A DNA stretch of 64,000 nt, from contig OY729428.2 in assembly GCA_963422375.2 (NCBI GenBank), forward strand, positions 2,496,001 to 2,560,000, given 5' to 3'. Within the stretch, counting starts at the first letter, position 1. The number at the start of each line of letters is the position of its first letter. A program made the translations under genes and the position numbers. The stretch is from Bryobacterales bacterium. Lineage in GTDB: Bacteria; Acidobacteriota; Terriglobia; Bryobacterales; UBA6623. Below, piece by piece: positions 40,330 to 51,144 of this stretch. The notes beneath the pieces are model-generated. The model ran no database searches, was not told the origin of the DNA, and worked only from the letters and a program-made list of their open reading frames with translations.

Positions 40330-40781
40330 GCAGCACCCGTCGGATAGTGTAGTGCGGCGGCGGGTGGCACCCCTTGCCGGCGAAGCGCGCCGCGTCGACG
40401 AGGGTCTTCGCCAGCAGCGGGTGGTAGCTGGTGCCGACATGCCCGTCGGCGGCTAGGCCACGCAGCTCCAAGGCCGGCGCGCACGAGGCAAGGCAGCGCG
40501 TGCGCCCGGCCGTCGGCAGCAGCAGGCAAGGCGCGTTCGAGGCCACCGCCTCCAGCCGGTCGCGCCCCTGCAGGGCGCTCCACCCAATCTACCGGGCCGC
40601 CACGCAGGGTCACGGCCTGGCGGCCGAGCGGCACCAGCCAGAGCCCGCCGCGCGGCCACCTGCTTCCACCAGGCCCCCGCATGTTGCGAAACCAGAGATA
40701 ATTGTGCTTGCGCATCAACGCGCCCCAGCGTTCCGCTTGGCCAGGACGCACCGGGCGCACTCGGACCTCGCTCAGCGGCAC
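40330..40781 (-). pseudogene. DUF4338 (DruA-like) domain remnant
   Basis: VRVRPV...ERWGALMRKHNYL, and in a shifted frame ASNA..LLLP...LAS...HPLLAKTLVDAARFAG. Confidence 0.6.
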
Positions 40782-41296
40782 CGGCTCGCGAGCATTACTC
40801 GCGCTATCGCAGATTTAGCCGAAGTTGCTAGGCCTCGCTTCAAGTAGTCAGGAATCGCGGCGGTTCCACGACTTTGGCGTTGCCTTGGGAGAAGCGGACC
40901 AACTGCTAGCTGGACCGGGAGGGATCGGAACTAGCCGGTGATTCCGCCGTGGAGATGCCCATTTCCCGATCCAACGGTCCCGGATCAAATCCGTGATAGG
41001 ACTGGCGAGAGTGTCGGATTTGGGCCGACTCTAGAACCCTCTGGTGAAGCAAGGAACTTCGGCATGTCTAAGATTTTCGGCGTGCCCTCGACGCCGAGAG
41101 GTCATTGAGATACCGGTAGCTCTGTATGCTCTCTGCCTTGTGGATGGCGTCCTCGTTGTGCTTGCAATCTTGCCGTCGTTCCGATCGGTTTCGTGGTTCT
41201 CTCTGACCAAATTCCTCGGCCCGCACGGGTCGCCGAATCTGATACACTCAAAGGTTCGGTAAGACTCAAGGGAACGCCTGATCGGAGGATGGCGCC

Positions 41297-42550
41297 ATGG
41301 ACAAGCCTCGAATCGGATACGCAAAGAAGAAACGCAAGCGCCGGATTGTCGTCGGAGCTGCGGTATTGGTCGCCGTGCTGCTGGCCGGCTGGGCGGTTTC
41401 GCGCTTGGAGCCGGCCCCGCCGGGAGTTGACGCTGCCCTGGTCTTCACCGACACCGTGAAGCGGGGCGAGATGCTGCGGCAGGTCCGCGGCATCGGCACG
41501 CTGGTTCCCGAGACCGTGGTCGTGATCGGTGCCACCGATGCCGGCCGGGTGGAGCGACGGCATGTCCAGGCGGGCCAGCCGGTCCGACCGCGCACCGTAC
41601 TCCTCGAACTCAGCAGCCCCCGAGTCGAGCAGGAATACCTCGACGCCGCGGCCCAGCTGCGTGAGGCGCAGGCCGACCTGGCCAATCTCCGGGCGCAGCT
41701 CGAGGACCAGCGCCTCACGCAGGAGTCGGTGACGGCCGACCTCGAAGGCCAATACCTGCAGGCGAAGGCGCAGTTCGATGCGGACCTCGAGCTGTCCAAG
41801 GCCGGCCTGAGCGACAGCGTCACGCTGATGAAATCGAGGGTGGCCATGGAGCAGCTGCGGAAGCGGCATCGCCTGGAGCTTGCCCGCGAGGGCGCCCGCA
41901 AGCCCTCGGCGGAGGCCCAGACCGCGGCGCAGGAGGCACGCATCGAGCAGCTGGAATCGCTGCTCGCACTGCGCGGAGATCGAGTCGACCAGCTTCGGGT
42001 GCGGGCGGGGATGGCAGGGGTCCTGCAGGTCATGGGAGTCGAGGTGGGGCAGCAAGTCGCTCCCGGGGACGAGCTGGCGCGGGTCTCCGACCCGACGCGC
42101 CTGAAGGCCGAGCTGAAGGTGCCCGAGACGCTGGTCAACGACGTGTCGGTCGGGCAGCGCGCCGAGGTCGACACCCGGAACGGAGTCATTCCAGGGGAGG
42201 TGTCGCGCATCGACCCCGCGGCCGTCGAGGGCACCGTCCTGGTCGACGTGAAGCTGCTGGGCGAGCTGCCGCGCGGAGCGCGCCCGGACCTGAGCGTGGA
42301 CGGCACCGTCGAGCTGGAGAGGCTCGAGCGGGTGCTGCATGTCGGGCGCCCGATCCACGCCCGCGAGGACAGCGCCATGGGCGTCTTCAAGCTCGAGCCG
42401 GACGAGGCCCACGCCGTGCGCGTCCGTGTCCGGGTGGGCAAGGTGTCCGTCAGCACGGTCGAGGTCCGGGAGGGGCTGGCCGAGGGGGACAAGGTCGTCC
42501 TGTCCGACATGTCGGCCTGGGACGACTACGATCGCATCCGGCTGGAGTGA
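41297..42550 (+). CDS. Efflux periplasmic adaptor subunit (HlyD/MacA-like)
   Basis: N-terminal TM, TVKRGEMLRQVRGIGTLVP, coiled coil, GARPDLSVDG, GLAEGDKV. Confidence 0.9.
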   Translation: MDKPRIGYAKKKRKRRIVVGAAVLVAVLLAGWAVSRLEPAPPGVDAALVFTDTVKRGEMLRQVRGIGTLVPETVVVIGATDAGRVERRHVQAGQPVRPRTVLLELSSPRVEQEYLDAAAQLREAQADLANLRAQLEDQRLTQESVTADLEGQYLQAKAQFDADLELSKAGLSDSVTLMKSRVAMEQLRKRHRLELAREGARKPSAEAQTAAQEARIEQLESLLALRGDRVDQLRVRAGMAGVLQVMGVEVGQQVAPGDELARVSDPTRLKAELKVPETLVNDVSVGQRAEVDTRNGVIPGEVSRIDPAAVEGTVLVDVKLLGELPRGARPDLSVDGTVELERLERVLHVGRPIHAREDSAMGVFKLEPDEAHAVRVRVRVGKVSVSTVEVREGLAEGDKVVLSDMSAWDDYDRIRLE

Positions 42551-42628
42551 CCGGAGCAAGCGGTCGGCCCGCCCGCGACGACGCAGGCCCGTCGCGCGGG
42601 CCATACTGGAAAGCAGGACTTGGCGACA

Positions 42629-43324
42629 ATGACGAACGGCGGGGAGCCGCTGATACATCTGGAGTCCGTCTCGAAGGTCTTCCTCACCGACGAAGTGGAG
42701 ACGCACGCCCTGTCAGGCGTCGACCTCGAGATCCGCGAGGGCGAGTACGTCTCCGTGGCCGGCCCGTCGGGTTGCGGCAAGTCCACGCTGCTGTCGATCC
42801 TCGGCCTGCTCGACACGCCCACCGAAGGCGTCTACCGGCTCGACGGCGAGCCGGTCGAGAACCTCAAGGCGCGCCAGCGGGCGCGCATCCGCAACCGCCG
42901 GATCGGCTTCATTTTCCAGGCGTTCAACCTGATCGGCGACCTGACGGTGTTCGAGAACGTGGAGCTGCCGCTGACCTACCGGGGCATGGCGAAGGCGGAG
43001 CGCAAGCGGCGGGTCGAGGAGGCCTTGAACCGGGTCGAGATGAAGCACCGCATGAAGCACTTCCCGTCGCAGCTGTCCGGCGGGCAGCAGCAGCGCGTGG
43101 CAGTGGCCCGGGCCTTAGGCGGGGATCCCGCCCTGCTGCTGGCCGACGAGCCGACCGGCAATCTCGACTCCAAGAACGGCGAGGCCGTGATGAACCTCTT
43201 GCGGGACATTCACGGCGCAGGCGCGACGATCTGCATGGTGACCCACGACCAGCGCTTCGAGGCATACGCCCGGCGCGTCGTGCGGCTCTTCGACGGGCGA
43301 GTCGTCGACGATCCGCCCCACTGA
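42629..43324 (+). CDS. ABC transporter ATP-binding protein (LolD/MacB-type)
   Basis: [32 protein letters not shown]. Confidence 0.93.
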   Translation: MTNGGEPLIHLESVSKVFLTDEVETHALSGVDLEIREGEYVSVAGPSGCGKSTLLSILGLLDTPTEGVYRLDGEPVENLKARQRARIRNRRIGFIFQAFNLIGDLTVFENVELPLTYRGMAKAERKRRVEEALNRVEMKHRMKHFPSQLSGGQQQRVAVARALGGDPALLLADEPTGNLDSKNGEAVMNLLRDIHGAGATICMVTHDQRFEAYARRVVRLFDGRVVDDPPH

Positions 43325-43864
43325 GGCGATCCGTTGCGCGGGCAAGACCCTCTTGCCGTGCCTGCTCCGCTGAGCTGCAAGGCGGCGCCAGGGCGTCGTC
43401 GCGGGAATTGCAGGTCCCGCGAGGGCAGCTTCCGTCCTGCATTTCACGTCTAGAGGTATGATGTAGCCTCCCGCACCGTGCTTCAGGGTACGATTTCAGC
43501 CTCGTAGCAGTCGCTCAAACCCCTAGGAGTCCCCCATGCGATTGGTCTTGGCATTGTGCGTCGCTTCTCTTGCCATGGCACGCGCCGATGCTCATCCGTC
43601 TGCTTGGTCGATGGCGTGACCGGTGCCGTCGAACCCGGCCGAATCAGTATCGAGACGGAGCGGTGGACAGTCGATTACGAGATTGGGGGTACGTTGGATC
43701 TGAGGCAGCTTGGGCCTTGGTCTGGCAAGAATTTTCGGCCGACGGGCTGGATCCGGTCACTGCGAGCTACCTTAGCGTGTCCGGCACCCCGGAAAGACGG
43801 ACTCGACAGCAGTGTAGGACTTGGGACAATCACCCCAAGTCACTGGCATCGGCCGGACGACTCC

Positions 43865-44135
43865 CATCGGTGACGGGTCCAGCAGCATCGGCAGCCTTCC
43901 ATTCGCCCAACGGCGTTGCCGCAGACGGGCTCGGCAACCTAGTCATCGCCATTTCAAGCGACGAACGAGTGCGGAGAGTTGATCTCTATGGCACCATCAC
44001 CAGTGTGGTCGGCGACACTTTCTGGGGCCGTATCTACGACCTGATCGCCGCCAGCTTTCTCCATCCCAGCGGCGTGGCCGGAGGGCGGGCCCGCCAATGT
44101 CTTAATCGCGGACGGTGGAAACCGTCACGTGCGAA
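43865..44135 (+). pseudogene. NHL-repeat protein remnant
   Basis: GPAASAAFHSPNGVAADGLGNLVIA...RVRRVDLYGTITSVVG, then a second degenerate repeat (ASFLHPSGVA). Confidence 0.65.
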
Positions 44136-44666
44136 GTATGAGGGTCTCCCCAGCAGGCGAGCGCGTCCTTCATGGCACATTCATCGTGGTACATCAGGGG
44201 GATGACACTTCTCATAGTTCCGTAACTACTTGAATCCCGGAGCGCCTCGGACGCATCCTCGATTTACTGATTCCTACCCTTGGGCACCAGACGAATCCAT
44301 CCTAACGCCCATGAATTCTCCGGTCACCCAATCTGGCTCGGCTCGTCGGCGCACCCCGAGCGGCTTGGCGGAGAATCCGCCGGACGGAAACGAAGCCAAA
44401 TGAAACCAACCTGTTACAGGCATGCCTGACAGCGGCAGTCGCGGGACGGCTCGCCTTCCATCTTGTTCGCCTCCGACACTCGGAGGAGAGTTCTGAGTGG
44501 CACGGGCCGACTGGGTTCTCGAATGACCGGCTCAACGCGACACGGCCCCTGATCGGCCCTGCGGAGTTGGAATCCCGGTGCGTCGCGCTCTGGCTGTATC
44601 ATGGGAGCGTCGAATATAGCGTTGCGACTAACCGGACGCCAGCTAGAGTGAAGGCGCTAGGACACG

Positions 44667-47414
44667 GTGCCTCTCAATTGCAGATGTTGGCCACTACCTG
44701 AAGTGCGGGCGACGGCTCGCAGTCTGGCGAGCGTCGTGGCAGGCCTGCTCGCGCTGGCCAGCCTGTGTCCCAGCTTGGCGCACAGCGAGGGCCTAGCGGA
44801 GTACTTCGAGAATCGGGTCCGTCCCCTGCTGGCAGAGAAGTGCTTCTCGTGCCACGCCCAGACAAGAATGGGCGGCCTCGAGATGGTGTCTAGGGAGGCG
44901 CTGCTGCGCGGCGGCCAGTCCGGCCCCGCCGTCGAGCCGAGAGCCCCGGAGCGGAGCCTGCTGATCAGGGCAATCCGCTACACCGATGATCGCCTGCAGA
45001 TGCCGCCGACCCAGCGGCTGGCACCGGCGGAGGTCGAAGTCCTCACCAAGTGGGTCGAAGACGGAGCGGTCTGGCCCGAGACCCCTACCGTCGACAGCGA
45101 CGCGGGCGACGGTAGGCTAGCCATCACCGACGACCACCGCAGATTCTGGGCCTTCTTGCCCGTGTCAAGACCGGGGCCGCCTCCCGGCCGCGGTACGCTG
45201 ATCGACCGATTCGTCAATGCCAAGCTGGACGCGGCCGACCTCTCCGGCTCTCCCCCGGCCGACAGACGCACCCTTATCAGGCGCATCTCGTACGACCTGA
45301 CGGGGCTGCCGCCCTCCCCGGAAGAGGTCGACGCCTTCGTGGCCGACGACTCGCCCCGGGCCTTCGCGGATCTCGTGGACAGGCTGCTCGCTTCGCCGCT
45401 CTACGGAGAGCGCTGGGGAAGGCACTGGCTGGACGTAGCGCGCTACTCGGACGACCGCCTCAATTCGACGCAAGACGAGCCCTACCCGAACGCCTGGCGC
45501 TACCGCGACTGGGTCATCAGGGCCTTCAACGACGACATGCCCTACGACGTGTTCGTCAAGGCGCAGTTCGCGGCCGACCAGATGGACGAGCGTGACCGCA
45601 AGTCGTGGACGCCCGAGGAGCTTCTACCCGGTCTCGGGCTGTTCGGACTGAGCCCGAAGTTCCAGGACGACAGGATCGACGTGACCGGAAGGGGCTTCCT
45701 AGGCCTGACAGTGGCGTGCGCCGAGTGCCACGACCACAAGTTCGATCCCATTCCGACGGAGGACTACTACGCGCTCCTAGGCGTCTTCAACAGCAGCGAG
45801 GAGCGGGAGGAGCCACTCGCGGACGAGCGGGACGTTCAGGCCTACGCCGAAAGGAAGAGGGCGGCGGACGCCGCCAGAGCGAGGCTTCAGGCGTTTCTCG
45901 ACACGCAGTCGAAGCAGCTGGTCGACGCCACGGCGGCCCGGACAAGCGAGTACATCGTGGCGGCGTGGAGAGTTGGCGGTCCGCCGGGCACCGCGCTCGC
46001 GGCGACGGCCAGCGAGCTAGGACTGGACGCCGAGACCCTCGAGCGGTGGATCAGGTACCTCTCCGGATGGCCCAAGCAGCATCCTCTGCTCGACGAGTGG
46101 CAGGTCCTGGGAAGCGACGAGGGAACGCTGGCCGAAGTCGAGACATTCGCCGAGCGCATCGAGGACCAAGTCATCCGCCTCATCGCCGAGAAGCGGCGGA
46201 TCGAGCGAGAGAACGACATCCGCTTACGCGGCGACCGCTCCGGCACCAACATCCGCCGCACCGCGCTCCTGGCGCTGCCGCGCGACGAGTTCTACCTGTG
46301 GAACGATGTCGCCTCCCCGCACTCCCGCGACCTGCCGGAACGCGCCGAGACCGGAATCCTGTACTACGAGGACGAGGCCGTCGAGCGCTTTCTTTCAGGG
46401 GTCTGGCTCGACCACGTCGCTCGCAGCCGCGAGGAGATCAAGCGTCTCGAGGCGGCGATCCCCCCGAAGTATCCCTTCCTGCACGCGCTGGCCGACAGGG
46501 ACGTGCCCGCCAACGAGCACGTCCGCATCCGCGGCAGCGCCGACAACCTCGGAGACGAGGTCCCGCGACGGTTCCTGCAGATCCTGAGCGCCGGCAAGCC
46601 GCGGCCCTTCGCCCGAGGCAGCGGGCGGCTGGATTTGGCGCGCGCGATCACCTCGCCACGGAACCCGCTCGCAGCCCGGGTCATGGCGAACCGGATCTGG
46701 ATGCATCACTTCGGCAGGGGCATCGTGGGGTCCCCCAGCAACTTCGGCCAGATGGGCGAGCGGCCCACGCACCCGGAGCTGCTCGACTACCTCGCCGCCC
46801 GCTTCTTCGAGAGCGGCTGGTCAGTCAAGGCGCTGCACCGCGAGATCCTCTTGACGGACGCGTACCGGCGCAGCATCCGCGACATCCCGGCCAGCCGGGC
46901 AGCCGACCCCGAGAACCGCCTGCTGTGGCGGGCGAACCGTCGGCGCCTGGACGCGGAGAGCCTGCTGGACTCGATGCTCTTCCTGTCCGGACGGCTCGCC
47001 AGCGAGGCGGGCGGGCCGCCGCAACCGTGGGACGAGCTTGGAATTCGTCGCCGGACCGTCTACAGCTTCGTCAGCCGCCGGCGGCTCGACGTCCGCTTGG
47101 GAGTGTTCGATTTCCCCAACCCTAATCGCACGAGCCCGCGGCGATTCGGCACGAACACCGCGCTGCAGGGCCTGTTCTTCCTGAACAGCGAGCTGCTGAT
47201 GGAGCAGGCGCGCGGCTTGGCCGAGCGCATCCTAGCGGACGCCGGCGCCGATGCCGACGAGCGGATCCGCTACGGCTACCGCCTGCTGTTCGGACGTGCC
47301 CCGAGCGACGAGGAGCTGGCGCTGAACCGCGAATTCGCAGCCACTGCGGACGCCCCATGGCCGCGACTTGCCCAGACTTGGCTGAGTTCGAACGAGTTCC
47401 GATATGTCAACTAG
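44667..47414 (+). CDS. Planctomycete cytochrome c + DUF1549/DUF1553 protein
   Basis: FENRVRPLL..KCFSCH, RRISYDLTGLPP, YGERWGRHWLDVARY, CAECHDHKFDPI, HPELLDYLA; start uncertain. Confidence 0.92.
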   Translation: MPLNCRCWPLPEVRATARSLASVVAGLLALASLCPSLAHSEGLAEYFENRVRPLLAEKCFSCHAQTRMGGLEMVSREALLRGGQSGPAVEPRAPERSLLIRAIRYTDDRLQMPPTQRLAPAEVEVLTKWVEDGAVWPETPTVDSDAGDGRLAITDDHRRFWAFLPVSRPGPPPGRGTLIDRFVNAKLDAADLSGSPPADRRTLIRRISYDLTGLPPSPEEVDAFVADDSPRAFADLVDRLLASPLYGERWGRHWLDVARYSDDRLNSTQDEPYPNAWRYRDWVIRAFNDDMPYDVFVKAQFAADQMDERDRKSWTPEELLPGLGLFGLSPKFQDDRIDVTGRGFLGLTVACAECHDHKFDPIPTEDYYALLGVFNSSEEREEPLADERDVQAYAERKRAADAARARLQAFLDTQSKQLVDATAARTSEYIVAAWRVGGPPGTALAATASELGLDAETLERWIRYLSGWPKQHPLLDEWQVLGSDEGTLAEVETFAERIEDQVIRLIAEKRRIERENDIRLRGDRSGTNIRRTALLALPRDEFYLWNDVASPHSRDLPERAETGILYYEDEAVERFLSGVWLDHVARSREEIKRLEAAIPPKYPFLHALADRDVPANEHVRIRGSADNLGDEVPRRFLQILSAGKPRPFARGSGRLDLARAITSPRNPLAARVMANRIWMHHFGRGIVGSPSNFGQMGERPTHPELLDYLAARFFESGWSVKALHREILLTDAYRRSIRDIPASRAADPENRLLWRANRRRLDAESLLDSMLFLSGRLASEAGGPPQPWDELGIRRRTVYSFVSRRRLDVRLGVFDFPNPNRTSPRRFGTNTALQGLFFLNSELLMEQARGLAERILADAGADADERIRYGYRLLFGRAPSDEELALNREFAATADAPWPRLAQTWLSSNEFRYVN

Positions 47415-48789
47415 CTGCACGCGTCGCGACCTCCTGCGCCTGACCGGGGCAGGCACGGGCATGCTCGGGCTCTCCCAAGCGCTCGCGGGCCAGTCCGCCT
47501 CCGGCCCGCTCGCGCCCAAGGCGCCCCACTTCCAAGCCAAGGCCAAGCATGTCATCCACCTATTCCTGAACGGCGCGCCATCGCAGGTCGACAGCTTCGA
47601 CCACAAGCCGGAACTGACCAAGCTCCACGGCCGGCCCTACCCGGGCGGAAACCTGCGCACCGAGCGCAAGACCGGGTCCCTCATGCGGTCCCCGTTCGAA
47701 TTCTCTCCCTCGGGCAAGAGCGGCATCCCGATCAGCGAGATCTTCCCCAGGCTCGGATCGGTAATCGACAAGTGCCTGGTCATCAACTCGATGCATACGG
47801 ACGTGCCCTTCCACGAGCCGTCCCTGTTCATGTTCAACTGCGGCCAGCGCGTGGCGGGGCATCCCGCCTACGGAGCGTGGATGACCTACGGCCTAGGCAC
47901 CGAGAACCAGGACCTGCCGGGCTTCGTGGTGCTGTGCCCGGGCTACCCGGTCGTGGGCCCGCAGCTGTGGACGTCCGCGTACCTCCCCGGCGCCTACCAA
48001 GGCGCCTACGTGCGCAATGCTGAGGTCGAGCCCGAGAAGCTGGTGCCGTTCCTGCGCAATCCGAGCCTGTCGCTCGAGGCACAGCGGGAACAGCTGGACC
48101 TGCTCGGCCGGCTGAACGCCCTGCACCTGCGGCGCGAAGGCGCCGCGCCTCAGCTGGAGGCGGCAATCCACGCGATGGAAGTCGCGTTCCGGATGCAATC
48201 CGAAGCTACGGACGCCTTCGACGTCCGCCGCGAGAGCGACAGGACGAGGGAGCGGTACGGCAACAGCAACTTCGCCCGCGGCTGCCTCGTCGCCCGGCGA
48301 CTTGTCGAGCGCGGCGTGCGGATCGTGCAGCTGTACTACGGCAACCTCCAGCCGTGGGACACTCACGACGACATCCAAGACATGCGCACCCTGGCGGCCA
48401 AGTCGGACGGCGCGATGGCCTCGCTCATCGAGGATCTCGACGCCAGCGGACTTCTCGATGAAACAATCGTGCTGATCGGCGGGGAGTTCGGCCAGACGCC
48501 CACCGTGGAGATCGCCGGCGTCACCAAGCTGCACGCGGGGCGCGACCACAACAACCACGGCTTCAGCGTCGTGGTCGCCGGCGGGGGGTTCCGGCAGGGG
48601 GTGAGGTACGGCTCGACGGACGAGTTCGGCTTCAAGGCTGTCGAGAACAAGATCCACGTGCGGGATCTGCACGCGACGATGCTGCACCAAATGGGGATCG
48701 ACCATGAGCGTCTCACTTACCGCCACAGCGGCCGGGACTTCCGGTTGACCGACGTAGAAGGCGAGGTCAAGACGGACCTGCTGGCATAG
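47404..48789 (+). CDS. DUF1501 protein (Tat-like signal)
   Basis: TRRDLL, KAKHVIHLFLNGAPSQVDSFD.KP, ARRLVERGVR, WDTH, GRDHN, GRDFRLTDV. Confidence 0.92.
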   Translation: MSTSCTRRDLLRLTGAGTGMLGLSQALAGQSASGPLAPKAPHFQAKAKHVIHLFLNGAPSQVDSFDHKPELTKLHGRPYPGGNLRTERKTGSLMRSPFEFSPSGKSGIPISEIFPRLGSVIDKCLVINSMHTDVPFHEPSLFMFNCGQRVAGHPAYGAWMTYGLGTENQDLPGFVVLCPGYPVVGPQLWTSAYLPGAYQGAYVRNAEVEPEKLVPFLRNPSLSLEAQREQLDLLGRLNALHLRREGAAPQLEAAIHAMEVAFRMQSEATDAFDVRRESDRTRERYGNSNFARGCLVARRLVERGVRIVQLYYGNLQPWDTHDDIQDMRTLAAKSDGAMASLIEDLDASGLLDETIVLIGGEFGQTPTVEIAGVTKLHAGRDHNNHGFSVVVAGGGFRQGVRYGSTDEFGFKAVENKIHVRDLHATMLHQMGIDHERLTYRHSGRDFRLTDVEGEVKTDLLA

Positions 48790-48855
48790 CTCGGGGCCCG
48801 CCCACTCCGGCCCGGTCCCGTGCTTGGGGCCTGCCTTGGGCGACAATGGCGGTAG

Positions 48856-49572
48856 ATGCGCAACAACGGTAGGCATCCCGACCAAGCGCGGCAGACGAGG
48901 ATCCAGCCGGGCGTTCTCGCAGCGGCAGAGGGATCCGCGCTGATAGAAGTCGGCCATACGAAGGTCATTTGCGCCGCCACCGTGGACAGCACGGTGCCTC
49001 CGTTCCTTCGGGGCTCGGGCAGCGGGTGGGTCACCGCCGAGTACAGCATGCTGCCTCGGTCCACGGTGACGCGGACGCCGAGGGAAGTCCAGAGGGGCCG
49101 GCCGTCGGGCCGCACCTCGGAGATCCAGCGCCTGATCGGGCGGTCGCTGCGGGCCGCGGTGCGGCTTGACCGCCTAGGCGAGAGGACGATTATCGTCGAC
49201 TGCGACGTGATGCAGGCCGACGGAGGCACCCGCACGGCCTCGATCACGGGCGGCTGGGTCGCGATGGCCATAGCGATCCAGCAGCTCGTCGAGTACGAGG
49301 TAATCCGGAAGACGCCGCTCCGGCACTATGTGGGCGCCACCAGCGTCGGCATCGTCGACGGCAGGCCAATGCTCGACCTGTGCTACGAGGAGGATTCTCG
49401 GGCCGAGGTCGACATGAACGTGGTCATGACTTCTAAGGGAGAGTTCATCGAGGTTCAAGCCAGCGCCGAGGGGCGTGCGTTCTCCCGAGCGGAACTCGAG
49501 AAGCAGCTCTCGCTGGCCGAAGCGGGCATCCGGTCGCTTGTCGAGGCCCAGCGCAAGCTGGTGGAATTCTGA
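48856..49572 (+). CDS. rph: Ribonuclease PH
   Basis: GWVTAEYSMLPRST, EIQRLIGRSLR, QADGGTRTASITG, DLCYEEDS. Confidence 0.96.
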   Translation: MRNNGRHPDQARQTRIQPGVLAAAEGSALIEVGHTKVICAATVDSTVPPFLRGSGSGWVTAEYSMLPRSTVTRTPREVQRGRPSGRTSEIQRLIGRSLRAAVRLDRLGERTIIVDCDVMQADGGTRTASITGGWVAMAIAIQQLVEYEVIRKTPLRHYVGATSVGIVDGRPMLDLCYEEDSRAEVDMNVVMTSKGEFIEVQASAEGRAFSRAELEKQLSLAEAGIRSLVEAQRKLVEF

Positions 49573-49576
49573 CGGA

Positions 49577-50158
49577 ATGCTCGAACTAGTCTGCGCCACG
49601 TCGAATCGGCACAAGCTCCGCGAGTTCCAGCAGGCATCGGGCAGCGACGTGGCCGTCAGGGGCTGCGAGCCTCTCGCCTGCCCCGAGACCGGATCGACGT
49701 TCGAAGCCAACGCCCTGCAGAAGGCTTCCTGCTACAGCGCCGCGACTGGCGCGCCATGGCTGTTCGCCGACGACTCCGGCCTGGAGGTCGACGCTCTCGG
49801 CGGAGAGCCCGGCATTCTGTCCGCCCGCTACGCAGGCGCCGACGCGGACGACCTCGCGAACAACCGCTTGCTGCTCGCCAGCCTGTCAAGCGTGCCCTGG
49901 AAGGAGCGGACCGCCCGCTTCGTGTGCGCGATCGCGTTACTACGGGACGGCGCCCTGGCGGCCACCTTTCGCGGCGTCGCGGAAGGCCTGGTCCTGCGAC
50001 GGCACTCCGGCACGCACGGCTTCGGATACGACCCCCTGTTCTACTTCCCTCCCCTTCGGAAGAGCTTCGGGCGGCTGCCCGCCGCAGAAAAATGGCAGCA
50101 TAGCCACCGCGGCAAGGCGTACAGGGCGATGCTTGGCTGGATCCGCCAGCGGTCATGA
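49577..50158 (+). CDS. rdgB: Non-canonical purine NTP pyrophosphatase (HAM1)
   Basis: ATSNRHK, ADDSGL.VDALGG.PG, GFGYDPLF, SHRGKA; directly follows rph. Confidence 0.93.
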   Translation: MLELVCATSNRHKLREFQQASGSDVAVRGCEPLACPETGSTFEANALQKASCYSAATGAPWLFADDSGLEVDALGGEPGILSARYAGADADDLANNRLLLASLSSVPWKERTARFVCAIALLRDGALAATFRGVAEGLVLRRHSGTHGFGYDPLFYFPPLRKSFGRLPAAEKWQHSHRGKAYRAMLGWIRQRS

Positions 50159-51144
50159 ACGGGGACCCGCTCGTTCTCGCCTTCGAGACTGGGGGCACGA
50201 AGCTGGTGGCGGGAGTCGCCGGCATGGACGGGCGACTCGTGAAGACCGTGGCGGTCAGACGCGCAGAAGCTGACAGGGCCCCTCGAAGCTTTCGGCGCAT
50301 CGTAGCCGCGGCGGTGGAACTGCTCGCGGAAGCCCAGTTCGCAGAGAGGCGGCTGGCGGGCATCGGATTCGGATTCGGCGGCACGGTTCGACGGTCCGCA
50401 GGAAGCCCGCACCTGTGCCTTCACGAGGACGGCTGGGACGAAGTTGACGTCGCCGGCCAGCTGGAAGCGCGGTTCAAGGTGCCGGTCTGGATCGAGAACG
50501 ACTGCAAGCTGGCTGCCCTGGCCGAGGCGCATTTCGGCGCGGGCTCGGGAGCGAGATCCCTGTTCTACGTCACCCTCGGAACGGGCGTGGGCGGGGGTTA
50601 CGTCAGGGACGGCGAGATTCTCGCGTTCGGAGACCTAGGCGAGGCGGAAATCGGCCACATCGTAGTTGCCCCGGACGGGCCGGAGTGCGCCTGCGGCAAC
50701 ACGGGCTGCGTCGAGGCGGTCTGTTCCGGCCCGGGCCTGGTAAAGCTGTGCCGCCTGCTCGCCCTGAGGAGCCCCCTTGGGTGGCAGTCGTCGGCCCTGT
50801 CGTACCGGGCGACTCCAGACGAAGTGAAGAGCGAGGCGATCATCGGGGCGTGGCAGGCCGGCGACGGATTCGCAACTCACGTCGTCGAGCGTTCAGCCGC
50901 CAGCCTCGCCTCGGCACTAGCCTCGGCGATCAACCTTCTCGTTCCCGAACGCATCATCGTCGGAGGCGGTCTCGGCACGTCGACCCCGCACCTGCTGGAC
51001 CTCTGGCGACAGTACACCGAACCGCTCGTGGTGCCCTATTTTCGAGGGAGCTACCAAATCGTCAATTCGGACCTGCGGGAAGACGTAGTCACGCAGGGAG
51101 CCGCCGTGATGGCGGCCCAAGGGGTGAAGGACTTAGGCTTCTGA
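50155..51144 (+). CDS. ROK family sugar kinase
   Basis: ETGGTK, ENDC, TLGTGVGGG, EIGH, CACGNTGCVE. Confidence 0.9.
   Translation: MNGDPLVLAFETGGTKLVAGVAGMDGRLVKTVAVRRAEADRAPRSFRRIVAAAVELLAEAQFAERRLAGIGFGFGGTVRRSAGSPHLCLHEDGWDEVDVAGQLEARFKVPVWIENDCKLAALAEAHFGAGSGARSLFYVTLGTGVGGGYVRDGEILAFGDLGEAEIGHIVVAPDGPECACGNTGCVEAVCSGPGLVKLCRLLALRSPLGWQSSALSYRATPDEVKSEAIIGAWQAGDGFATHVVERSAASLASALASAINLLVPERIIVGGGLGTSTPHLLDLWRQYTEPLVVPYFRGSYQIVNSDLREDVVTQGAAVMAAQGVKDLGF

Noticed and set aside
41140..41170. Sigma-54 promoter upstream of the HlyD gene
   Set aside because: TGGC is present but the -12 position reads GT instead of the required GC.
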